Assembly (NCBI RefSeq): GCF_038025025.1
Contig: NW_027117339.1
Coordinates: forward strand, 2,728,001 to 2,776,568
Reading direction: 5' to 3'
Length of the DNA stretch: 48,568 bases
Source: Phyllosticta citribraziliensis
Lineage: Eukaryota
Below are positions 25,917-38,530 of the stretch, one piece after another. Every line of letters begins with the position of its first letter. Position 1 is the stretch's first letter. Below the pieces are notes generated by a model. The model was not told where the DNA came from, ran no database searches, and saw nothing but the letters and a program-made list of their open reading frames with translations. Made by a program: the position numbers and the translations under genes.

Positions 25917-26476
25917 TTTTATAGTATAGCTTCTATAGATTAGGAGCTTACTATTACCTAATTATATAAATATATAAGAGTAGTAGAAATTAGGTAAGTA
26001 AAAGGCTTTAGGACATCTCTAATAAGTACTATTAATTTTACCCTCCCCTACCTAGCCTATTATTAGATATTTACTATACTAGTTATTACTATTGTACTAA
26101 AGATTATTTATTTAATTATTTTAAGTACTATTTTATAGATACTATATAAGCTATAAGATTAATACTTATAATTTTATAGCAGGATAGTATATACTCTATA
26201 GAACTATAATACCATACTATTTAACTTTAGCTAGTTCTATTTTTATTAAGTATAATATTATTCTAGGTATTTCTACCTATAAAGTATAGGGGATAAGCCT
26301 AGATAGTTAATACTATAGTTTTTATATAATTATATTATAGATATTAGATTATTAAGGTCTATTAAGTTTCTAGGACTATTCTATTATATTATAAGGTTAG
26401 TAGTTTATATAATAAGTTATAAAGGTAGATTTAGATATAATTATATAATAAATTTAATAGCTAGCCTATAAGAATT

Positions 26477-29400
26477 ATAAGTTCTTCTAGTAGATTAGGA
26501 AGAAATAGAAGAGGAGGAAGAGGTATATTAAGAGGAGATAAAGGGAAAGGATAATAATCTAGCTCTTATAATAGAGGGTACTCTCCTAGAGGCCAGCTAT
26601 AGAGGCCTATAATTACTTAAGAAGGACTATCTATAGTACCTCTATTACTAGTAATTAGTACTTAAGCTCCCTTATAAGGTATAGGGCTAGCTTTAGGTTT
26701 ATTTAGACCTTTTACTAGACTAGGTACACCTCCTATAATTATACTACTACTAGGGATAGATAATAATAAAATAATATAGCTAAGCTAAGCTACTTAGCTA
26801 ATACTAGATACTATAGAAATAACTCTCCCCTAGCCTAGGGGGGAGTTATTATTACTAATAGAAGCTAACTAATATTATATAAGAATAGCTTCCCTAATAT
26901 AGATAATCCTAATAAGCTAGATACTAGTACTAAAGTAAAGGCTATAGTTTAGGGGAGATAATATATTATTATTCCTTAAGATATATAAATACTTCTATAC
27001 TATAGCTAGGAGTCTCTTAGAAGAGTTTATACTAAAGCTAGTTTAGTATTATAAAACCCTAATAGGCCTAGAAATCTACTATACTATTAAGTTCTAGATT
27101 AGAGATTAGAAAGGTCTAAAAGTCTAGATACTAGTATAATATAAGAACTAAGATATTAGTATAATTAATAGGCACTAAAGCTATATTAAGAACTTAGCTA
27201 AGAGATATAAGGACCTCTATTACCCTTCTAAAGTAGATAAGTTTTTTAGGCTTTATAGGATACTTAGTAATAAGGTAGTAGAAGAAGGATATATTAATAA
27301 AAGCCTATAAGAGATATAGTTCCTTAATACCCTATATATAGATATATAAACTAGGTTCTTATAAAAGGGGTATTTAGCCTATAGAGCTAGGAATATTTAG
27401 TATCTCTAGTTATATATTAAGGCCTAGCTAGAATATAAGTAGTATATATTATTATACTCTATAGACTTACTAGAGGTTATAAATATAGTTATATACTATA
27501 TTAAGGGGCTAGACTATATTATAGACCCTATACTAGTAGGGAGAGGATACCTTCTATAGTCTCCTTTACTACTTATAGTATTATCCTCTAATAGCTCTTC
27601 CTCTATAACTATAGCCTTAAATAGATAATTAACCTCTAAGACTAGAACCCCTTTAGTAAAGAGTAATAATACTATAATTAGAGACCTAGTAGATAAGCTA
27701 GCTAAGATATATATTAAATTAATCTAGGAGGCTACTAGTTATATCTATAAATAGCTAGTAGATAGTAAGAAGTATAGGTATATTATAAATAATAGGGACC
27801 TATATATAAGAGTTATCTAGTTATTATTTCCCTATAATAGCTCTATTAGGATAGGCTAGCTAGCTAAGTAGTATATACTACTACTAGGATAATATACTCT
27901 ATAAGCAGGTCCTAGTCTTCTACTAATTAGGCTACTACTACCTAGGATAGCTCCTATAGGCTAACTATAGTATAACCCTAACTCCTATAACTAGATAGGA
28001 CCTACCAGTTTAAATATAAACTAAAGTATAGAAATAGGAGAATACTAGAGTTATAATAAGATAGGCTATATAGTTAGGAGTTATCCTATTCTATTACTAT
28101 TTATATATACTAGCCTTATATCTATTAGTTAAAATAGATATATCTAGGACTTTAATAGCTAGCTAATATTAACTTATAAGTAGAATAAATAGCTAGATAT
28201 TAAGAAGTACTTATAATATTAGGGGTAGATAAATAATAATAATTTACTAAAAATACTACTAGTACTAGAATAATAAGTAACTCCCTACTAGACTAGTAGA
28301 GAGTTATTATCTTAATCTATAATAAATAAAGAACTATAAGGATATTAGCCCCTACTATAAATTAATACTAGATATAATATACCTTTAGACTATAGCTAAT
28401 ATAATTAAGACTAATATAACTAAGACTAGGGCTAATATACTTAGATTAACTATACTTAGGCTAATATAGAGGATAGTAGGCCTTATTTCTATTAGATTTA
28501 CTATTATAATAAAGGAATAATATATAGTATATACTATTTTAAGGGTAAAGTATCTCTTAGAAATATAATCTTTATAAACCTAATAAAGATTATAAAATAT
28601 ATAAGGAAGCTAAAGAAGCTAGCTAGGAGAAGAGGAGCTAAAATCTTATAAGTAGTAGTTAATAAAATAGCTATTAATAAATAAGTTAGGAATATAGCTA
28701 AGTAGGTAATAATTAATAAGACTAGGAATATATCTAATAAGGATATCCTAGGTATAACCCTACTAGTAAATATACCTTAATAGCTAAGATAACTAGCTAT
28801 TACTAATCTACTAGGTAATAATATTAAAGAACCTACTATCTCTAGTAAAGAGCCTACTTAGGAGCCTAATATAGATAAACCTTAAAGGGTAATAGTAGAG
28901 GATACTAATAAGGATATATCTAATATTAAAGAGATCCTATAAAATAAGCTAAGTATTATACTAAAGGGATTAGAGAATAATAAGCTAGAGCTACTTAGTA
29001 AAGGGGCCCCCCTTAAGTAGTACTAGGTTAAAACTATTATATTTAGAGACCTATTCTATTATAAATAGTATAAACTAGGCCTAAATAGCTAGAGATATAG
29101 AGATATCTTTAATAAGGAGACTATTAGGTATATAAAAGGAATCCTTAGCCTATATAATAATATATAGAAGTTATTTCATACTCCTATTAGTACTAAGATT
29201 ATAGAAGAGGTCTAAGAAATACTTTATAATAACCTATAGGTACTAAATAAATACCTATATATAATAGAGGACCTATAGAAGCTAATATATATTATATATA
29301 TAGAACTAGTTAATAATATTAAAGGGTACTAGTTTAACTCCTCTAATAAGCCTATAAAATTTAACTTCTCTTAGTATTACCTATTTAAGTAAGAGGATTA

Positions 29401-30241
29401 TTTCCTAGATAGGATCTTTATATATTTAAATATACTAACTAATATATTAGTTACTAAGGGTAAAACTATCTCTAGAGTTTTTAACTATATATATACTAGC
29501 CTAGCTTATACTATAAAGTATATACCTACTTAGAGCTTTATTTTATATAGGCCTAATAGTAAGCCCCTATAGGATAGTAAGCCTATAGACCTATTAATAT
29601 ATAAGATATACTTTAGTATAGAAATACTAGAAGGTTAGGAGGATTCTATAATTATTAAAGGAGACTATAAACTAAAGCTAATAACTTATAAGGAGGTTAT
29701 AATACTAGCTAAATAATAGGGCCTTATTATCTACTAGGTCCTATTACCCTTTATCCTAGTATCCTTTAGTAGCTATATAGTATAAGTACTAGTAGATATA
29801 GGAGTAAATATAAATAGTATTTCTAAGGCCCTTATAGCTAAACTTAGTATCCTAGTATAAGATATACTACCTAATAGTTTTAATATAACTATAGGATTTA
29901 TAAATAGTTTAAAGTATAAAATTAAATAATAGATCCTAAGTTTAACTATTTAAATAGGAGATTAGTCCTAGAGTACTTATTTCCTAGTATATAACTAAAC
30001 TACCATCCCTATTATATTAGAAATACCCTAGATTATCTTAGTAGGTAGTAAATTTAAAACTATACCTACTAGGGTAGTTAAGCTATAGTTTACCTACCCT
30101 ATTAACCCTTACTACTATATAGAAATTATTACCTACTAGGTATTCCTATTTATTAAAGGTATTAAAGATACTACATACTATATAGGTCCTATTAGAATCT
30201 AAAGTAATAATAGTATATAAGTAGCTAGGCTAGGAAACTAG
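26477..30241 (+). pseudogene. E5 ORF1 relic (gag plus aspartic protease)
   Basis: RG-rich N-terminus from ~26477; Cys/His knuckle-like segment at ~28390-28455; ALVDTGA at 29786-29806; aggaaactag slippery site plus stop at 30232-30241. Confidence 0.72.
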
Positions 30242-33200
30242 CTAGTATAATAATTTAGGGGCTAATTAGTATATAATTACTATATTAACTAGTAGGAGGC
30301 CTATTTAATTAAAATAAATAAAATACTAAAAATATTAATTTAGTATTAGATAATATATTTTTAACTATATATATAATAGGAGAATAGAGTATTATTTAAT
30401 ATAGGGTATCTTAGTATAATATATTCCCTAATTATCTTAATACTACTAGATAATAAAACCTATACTAGTATATAGTATATAAATAAAAAGGTATAAAAAT
30501 AGAGCCTATAGATAACTTAATACTATAGAAGGAGTTATTAAATATAATTAAGGGATAGAAAACTAAAGAAACTATAATTATTAAGTAGACTATTATACTA
30601 GTAAGGGACCTCTAGGGCTAGGGATAATTTACCTACTTATTTTATTTAAGGATTACTATCTTTTAACTAGGTATATACCTTATATAGGAAAGGCTAGCTA
30701 GCCTTATTATTAGAGATAACCTCTAGCTAAGAGAGTAAGAACTAATACTAGAGATACTATATAGTAGAGAGGGTGCTATCTTATTTAATCTTTTAGAAAT
30801 AGAATGAGTTAAGCTAATAGTAATATATAGGTTCCCTATTAGGATAATACTATATAAGGCCTAGAGAGTTAGAGTATTATATATTTTATAAGCTAAAATA
30901 TAGTATATATTTAACTTACTTACTACCTAGTAAGATATAGGGATTATTAAGTACTACTCTAGTTAATATTATAATCCCTAGATAGTCTTACCTAAGAAGA
31001 ATAGTATATATAGGTAGATTAATAACTTATAAATACTAAATAATATTACTATTTAAGATGCTAGTATACTAGGACTAATAGATAATTATATAGAGTACTA
31101 GGGAGGCCTTATAATATATACCCTTATAGACCTATACTCTAGTTTTAATTAGTTTATAGTTACTAAAAAGTATTAGGATCTTACTAGATTTATTACTCCT
31201 TAGGGATACTAGTATAACTATATACTTTCCTAAGGTATAACTAATTCTCTAGGATAAGTAGTTTATAGCCTAAGATATATATTAGATAACTAATAAGATA
31301 AGGCTAACCTCTTTATAGATAATATTATAGAAGGCTAATAAAGGAGCTAATATAATAATATAGAAAGTATAGTAGTAGGAGTTAGGTAATTTATACTTAA
31401 GTATATCTAGGATATTAATAATATACTATAGAACCTAGAACTAGCTAGACTTATAATCTTAGGAGAGAAGTTCTTCTTTAGTATACTAGAAGTAGAAATT
31501 ATTAGGTTTAAATATAGAGAATTTAGATACCTACCTATTAAGTCTAAAGTAGGTAAGATTAATAACTAGGATACTTCCTAAGACCTTAAATTATTAAGGG
31601 GCTTCCTAGGAGTAACTACCTATTTTTACTACTAGGTTAAGGAGTACTTATATAAGGTAGTACTACTATATACTCTAATAAGGAAGAATATATCTTTTAC
31701 TTAGGAAAATAAGTATAATAAGGCTATAGCTAATATTAAGGAAGCTATTATAATAGTACCTACCTTAGTATCTATTATATATAGAGAGAAATCTACTAGA
31801 GATATTATTATAGCTATAGATAGTAGTAGTATAGGATAGGGAGTAGTTTTAATATAAGAGATAGATAGTACTAGGTATCTAGTAAGGTATAAGAGTAGTA
31901 TTTAGTCTAGGATAGAATTATTTTATAACTTTAAAAAGCTAGAATACTAAGTACTAGTATATATAATTACTAGATTTAAACTATAGCTATTTAGATAGGA
32001 CTTCTTTATTAAAATAGATTATTATATCCTATAAGATTACCTAAATAGTAGGACTAAATTTATAATAGATAGAGTCCTTAAGTAGTAGCTTAGCTAGCTA
32101 TTTATATAGGATTTTAAGATACTATATATTACTAGGATAAAGAATAGGGTAGTAGATATACTATTAAGAAGGCTAAATTTTAAAGAGTTAAGTAAGAAAG
32201 ATCTATAGAAATAAGTAGAGAAGATAGAAGATAAAATTAATAAGTTATTATTATCCCTATAGCTAAGTATATATATAGTTAGTTCTATAGACCTCCTACT
32301 AATTATCTACTAGGCTAGAGGAGAGTTAATATTAGCTAATTAAATACTAGTACTAGGCCCCTCTAGCCTACTAGGAGAGGTCATTCTATATAGAGTATTA
32401 TATAAGGAGTACTCCTAAGAATCTAAGGACCTAGCTAAATTTATTACCTATAGCCTACTCCTACCTAAAGTTATATAATTAGAGGCCTAGAAATAGTAAT
32501 AGAAGGCCTATAAGTACTAGGTCTATAACTAGTACCTATTCTAGTAATTATTAAAGAATATACTACTAAAATAAGTAGTAGATAATTCTATAGCTTAAAG
32601 ATAAATAGTATAATAACTATACTATAAGTTTAGCTATTATATTAAAGAAGGAATATTTAGGAAAGTCTTAAATTAGTACTTTTAAGAAGGGCTATAGACT
32701 AAGTATAAGTAAGAATACTAAGACTATTAGACCTATATATTTTATAGTTTATTATAAGATAAGGAGGCCCTCTATCTATCCTTTAAGATACTAATCCTAG
32801 GTAATAAATAGTATATAGATATTATCTATATACCTAGAGGATTCTATATTAATATATAAGAAGTAGTTTCTAATTAGATTAAAGAATAGATCCTATATTT
32901 ATTAAAAGCTATCCTAGTAGCTAACTTCTTATATAAAGAGCTAATTTATTACTATAGTACCTTTTAATATCTTATTATAGATAGAGGTAGTAAGAACCTA
33001 AGCTATACTAAACTTATTATAGAATTATACTATATATCTAAGGTTAATATTTTAGTATACTACCTAGAGTTAAATAGTATAGTTAAAAGAGGGTATAGGT
33101 AAATTAATAATATACTAGCTAAGCTATCTACTAGTAGTACTAAACCTTAGAGGCTATACTTCTATAGTATCCTATAGGCTAATAGGACTATAATTTATAG

Positions 33201-33915
33201 AATAACTAGAATAACTCTTATAAAGGTCTTATATAGGAGGGACTATATACTCCCTATTAAAATAGAGATACCTATATAGTAGCTTATACTATAATAAGAT
33301 ATAAAGAGTACTAGAGACCTACTAGCCTTATAAGTAAAGTAAATTAATCTATATAATAAGAAGCTCTAGGAGATTATATTATAAGTATATTACTTATAGG
33401 AGTAGAATAAGGAATAGTTTAATAGCTACTATCTATAAATTAGAGAAGTAATAGATAAGGGATTTAATAAAGGAGATTAGGTACTACTCTACTATACTAA
33501 GCTTAAGGATAAGTATAATATAAAGCTCTACTTCTTTTAGAAAGGGCTATTTAAGATCTATAAGGCTAATAGGGAAACTAGTACTTACTAGCTTAAAGAA
33601 CTTAGTAGAGAGAAGGCTATAAATCCTATTATAGGAGATAGGCTTAAGAAGTTTACTAATAAGGATAAGGACCTAGCTAAGATAGTCTATTAATAGGTTA
33701 ACCTACTACTAAGGACTAGTAGGAGCTAGTAGGACTAATTATTATACCTATTATACCTATTAAATAGACCCTAGCCTAAAACTAGGATTATATACTTTAA
33801 GACCCTAAAGGGTATATATATCCTATAGTATTCTAAGTAAGTATTAGACTAGTATAAAGCTATTAATAATAGCTAGGATAGTAAGGGTAAAAACCTAGAT
33901 AAATTAAGTAAATAA
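30240..33915 (+). pseudogene. E5 ORF2 relic (RT, RNase H, integrase)
   Basis: F(I/V)DD at 31312-31323; 'LRGFLG' (~31594-31611); RNase H (~31810-32170); integrase 'VDGGSEN' (~32977-32997) and 'AYHPESNGMVERGH' (~33055-33096); KGPF (33541-33552). The end is approximate. Confidence 0.9.
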
Positions 33916-34488
33916 AACTTCTAGATCCTTAGAGTTTTAGTATTTTAAGGTAAAGTTTATATATTTAAGGGAGGTAATAGCATTAAGAGAGTTTAAATTA
34001 ATAAGGGTATAGTAAGTTTAGTACTAATAGGCTAATAGTAATATTTACTAATTATAGCTTAGTATACTACTAATAACTCTCCTCTAGACTAGGGGATAGT
34101 TATTAGGCTAATTAGGAGCTATAAAATAACCCTATACAATACCTATAAGCTTATATATCCCTAAAAATCCTTAGGACCCTAATAACTAAACTATTAGGTC
34201 CTAAGCTAAAAATATTTCTTTATTAATACTATAAGTAGGAATAGAGTTTTAGTATTATTATTAAGTATACTAAGTTAATAAGGATATAGTATATAATTAT
34301 AAGCTAGCCCTTATATTAGGACTACTCCTTACTAAGTATTTTACTCTTAAGTAGTTATTTCTCTTACTTATAGTAAGATACCTTAGAATTTTCCTAATTA
34401 GGCCTAGCACAGGTAGTACTCTTACTAAAGAATTACTACTTAACTATTATAACTACCACCCCTATAATAATTCCCCCCTACTATTATA

Positions 34489-37220
34489 ATAGAGGACATA
34501 CTTACTAACCCTACTATAGATATTACCTCTACTAAAGATACTAATAATACTATTATCTTAGCTAATTATAATATTATCTATCTTTATAAAGCTTCTATTA
34601 CTAATATTATCTAATATATCTATAAGGCTAATCCTATAGGGCTATAAAGGAGCTTATTTATTACTAGTATATTCCTAGTACTATTACCTAGGATAACTAG
34701 AAAACTATACTAGACTATATTAGTACCTACCTATCTAGTAAAGATTACCTAGATAAGTACTATAATTTTATTTACTAGCTATATAACTTCTATAAATTAT
34801 AGTAGGAGGGCCTAGTTAGACTAGGTATAGTTATTAATAATACTATTAATTAGGGTACCTTATTCTAAGATCTTAAGAGCTATAGCTATAATATAGCCTA
34901 AGACTTCTAGATCTTTAAGAGGGACTATAATTTACTAAAGGAGAATTAGTAGTATAAAGATAAGTACTACTAGGATATATAAAATATAATTAATAGTAAC
35001 TTTAACTTTACTAAGCTTAATCTAGATAAGAATAGTAAAACTAGTATATATAATACTAAGGTAGGCTTATAAAAGTATATTAGTAGCTTTATAAAGATTA
35101 TAGGTCCTTAGAGGGGTATTATCTATATAGATTTTCTTAAGAAAGAGCTAGCTAAGATTATACTACTAGAGCTAGCTATTAAGGATAGAGGCTATAAGGC
35201 TCTACTACTAAAGTTAGCTTCCTAGACTATATTAGATAAGCTAATCTACTATATTAATTAGTATATTACTATTATAAAGCTATCTTATAACCCTAATATT
35301 ATAGGTGCCTAGCTAGTCTTTAATAAGTATAGAATACCTTACCTTTACCTAGACCTTATAATATAATAAGGGTCTCTATAGTAAGGATATATATATTATA
35401 TAGCTATTATTACCCTAGAGCTTATAGAGATACTACTAGAATAGGCTATATACTATAATTCTCTAATAAATACCCCTATAGAAATAGATACTAGCTAGTT
35501 TACTACCTTATTTAGAGAGTACTTAGGTAAGGGAGATTTTATTAGGGTAGTAACTATAGGCCTTAATAAGGATATAGATAAAGCTTTCTATTACTCTACT
35601 TATAAATTAGGAGTAATATTTAGTAAGTCTACTAGTATACTATCTATATAACTAAGTACTAGTATAGTAACTCTCCTCTAGGCTAGTAGTAAGTTATCTA
35701 CTACCTAAGCTAATAGTAATATTAACCTAGTACTTTCTATAAATAATTCTACTATTAGTTTTACTAGTCCTAGTAATAATTTAGTAGATATCCTTAATAT
35801 ATTAAGGCTATCTAATAATATTATTAATATAGCCCTAAGCTATAACTTCTCTAGTAATAATATCTAGAATACTTTAAAGTAATAGAGGTCCCCTCTCTAG
35901 GAGGAAGAGCCTAGTAAATACTACTATCTTAATATCCCTCCTATTACCCCTAATATATACTAGTAAATTATACTAACTATTAAAAGTTCTATTTATAGAA
36001 GTAATAATAATAATACTATTCTCCTAATAAATAAGGATGATAAGGAAGAGGTCTATAGTAATAAAGAGGTAGACTTAGACCTAGAGGTTATTATTATATC
36101 TTTAACTAATAGTACTAAGAAGATTTATATAGCTAAGTACTATACCTATACTAGAACTAATAGATAGATCTTATCTATTAAATTTTATAAGAAGTTTCCT
36201 ACTAAGGCTATCCCTATTTCTAAGGAGTCCTAGTAAAAGAAGCTTTATAAGCTTAATAAGGCTAGAGACTAGTATAATCTAAATAACTATTATAATTCTT
36301 ATATCTATAGAATTAGTAAATACTTAGGTCTTTAGACTAAGTAGGAAATAGATAACCTTATTTACCTCTACTTAGAATATATTTAGTATAACTATAAGAG
36401 ATTATCTAATATCCTATCCTATAAGGATAGGTATTATTAGTTTATACTATCCTTCTACCTAGTTTACCCTACTAATACTATAGGCCTATATATATTTAGC
36501 TATAACTATAATACCTAGTTTAAGGCTATTATAGCTATAGTTTAGAATATAATTCCTACCCTTAATAAGAGTCTTACTACTCTATTTAGTATAGGCTATA
36601 GCTAGTATCTAGACCTTATTAATACTCTACTTAGTAAGTTTAAGGCTACTAGTAATTTAGTTACTAATAGCTCTCTCTTTAGCTTTCTAGATAGTATATA
36701 CCCTAGAATTAATAAGGAGTTTAGCTACTACCTCTAGTACTAGTAGGAGATTAATACTTACTAAAACCTAGGCTAGAACTATATAATATTCTACTCTCTA
36801 GTATAGTAGCTTATTTACTAGTACCTAGTATACTAGCTCCTATATATTTTACTTAGGCCTAATTATACTTATTAGCTCTATATGATACTATACTATATAA
36901 AGGACTAGAAGAAGGGCAACTATATTAAGTTCTACTACTTTAATATTAACCTAAATAACTATACTAATACTAATAGGGGTATTAATATGATTTAGGGCAC
37001 TATCTCCCTTAATAGTAAGACTAATATAGACTATATAATTTTAGTAGAGGGCTTTATACCTTATTTTAAGGATTATAGGGATAGTACTATTACTAAGAAG
37101 GTATATAACCCTATAAATACTACTAGTATTACTAATATTAAGAAGGGTCCTATTCTTAACTACCTTACTAAGTTTACTAAAGATAGAGGCCTAAGCTAGA
37201 CTAATAGTAAGGTAGTAGCC
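34489..37220 (+). pseudogene. Accessory ORF relic with a C-terminal PhyH-like 2OG-Fe(II) dioxygenase domain, truncated
   Basis: Single protein-like frame from ~34640 to 37220, with a probable frameshift near 34640. De-RIP 'FRHFDVN' (36930-36950), 'RGVNMIQGTISLD' (36975-37013) and 'DCTILVEG'. NLS-like KRQRSP...SKRRRL (~35877-35930) and an acidic tract (~36000-36085). Confidence 0.68.
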
Positions 37221-38530
37221 TATAGTACCCCTGCTAAACTAGATAATTTTCTAGGAGATAGTTTTTATTAAGGAGTCTTTACTAGTAGAGTTATTTTCCT
37301 AAGGTCCCTCCCTAGGCTAATAAAATTAGTAACTATACTAGGGGGATAGTATACTAGGTACCCTACTTAGTATATCTAAAGGGGTAAATCTAGACTAGAA
37401 AACTATACTAAAAATATTAAGGAATTTTAGCCTTACTTATAACCTTAATAATATCCTTTTTTAAAAATACTATAAATAGTAATCTTTACTATAAAAATAG
37501 AAGTATAATAAAGATTAAGGGTAACTTTAAATATTAGGACCCTCTAAATAAAAACTAAGTATATAATAAGACCTTTATAACTAAGCTTAACCCTTTCTTT
37601 AAGAAGGAAAAAAGGGATTAGCTATATTAATAATTAATATAAGTAGAAAAATATCTAAGATAGACTTAATCTAGAGTAGTTATAAGGAAACTACTAGTAG
37701 TCTAAGATAGACTTTAACTAAGAAGGTTATAATCTAGAGTAGTTATATAAAGAGAAGGAGTACTAAAGGAAGAGAAAGAAATAACTATATATAAAAGGGA
37801 TAAGTAAAGTATATAAGGTTATAATAGCTATATATAATAGAAGTAAATATATAAGAGATAAGAGTAAGTAATAGTTAGAAGGAGGATATTAAATAGTAAG
37901 TAAGATATAAGATATAAAAAAGATTAATTAAATAATGCCCTTAAGGTAAACTTAGTTTAATCTACTTTAGTTAACTATCCTTATCTTTTAGTTCTTTTAT
38001 CCTTTATTAAAGAAAACTTAGAGTAAAGTAAGAAGCTTTTAGGGTTTAGAGTAACCTTACCTCTAGTTTCTAAGACCTTATTATTTCTAGCTAGAGTACT
38101 AACTATATTATATCTTTAGTTAGGTTATTATATTCTATTAAGTTCTTTAAATCTTAGATAAAATTACTAAAAATATATCTTATTTACTTAGAACTAGTTC
38201 TAAGTAATATCTTTATATTACCTTATTTAAACCCTACCTATTTAAACCCTTATTATTTAACCTTAAAGAACCTAAGATCTTTTACTAATACTTAAATTTA
38301 ACTAAGACTTATAGGAACTTAAGAAGATTACTAAAAGTACCTAAATTAGATAAGTTAAATTATTCCTTAAAAAGATTACTCTTAAATAAACCCTTTAAAA
38401 CCTTAAAACTAACTTTAAACTCATCTTCTACCCTCTCTCTAAAGAATATTATTACTACTTTTTAATAATAATAGGATATAACTTAACTTATTATTAAAAG
38501 ATTAGATAAGAAGAGCTAAGACTCTATAAT

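Larger units (their letters stand above)
25321..37220 (+). mobile_element. E5: non-chromoviral (Ylt1-like) Ty3/gypsy relic with a 3' accessory ORF, apparently interrupted by E6
   Basis: LTR, long gag-PR ORF, RT with 'QG.TNS' and F(I/V)DD, RNase H 'VDSS..GWGAVL.Q.....RHPARYESGIW......Y...KLEC', integrase without an evident chromodomain. The 3' LTR is not in the window. Clade name is from motif recall. Confidence 0.8.

Noticed and set aside
25922..25930. tagtatagc as a RIP-mutated tRNA primer-binding site (TGGCGCAGC) after LTR-A copy 3
   Set aside because: The position is plausible, but the de-RIP reading is too degenerate to assign a tRNA.
38223..38262. tatttaaaccct short repeats resembling telomere repeats
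   Set aside because: Only about 2.5 imperfect copies, internal to an element leader, and not a TTAGGG array.
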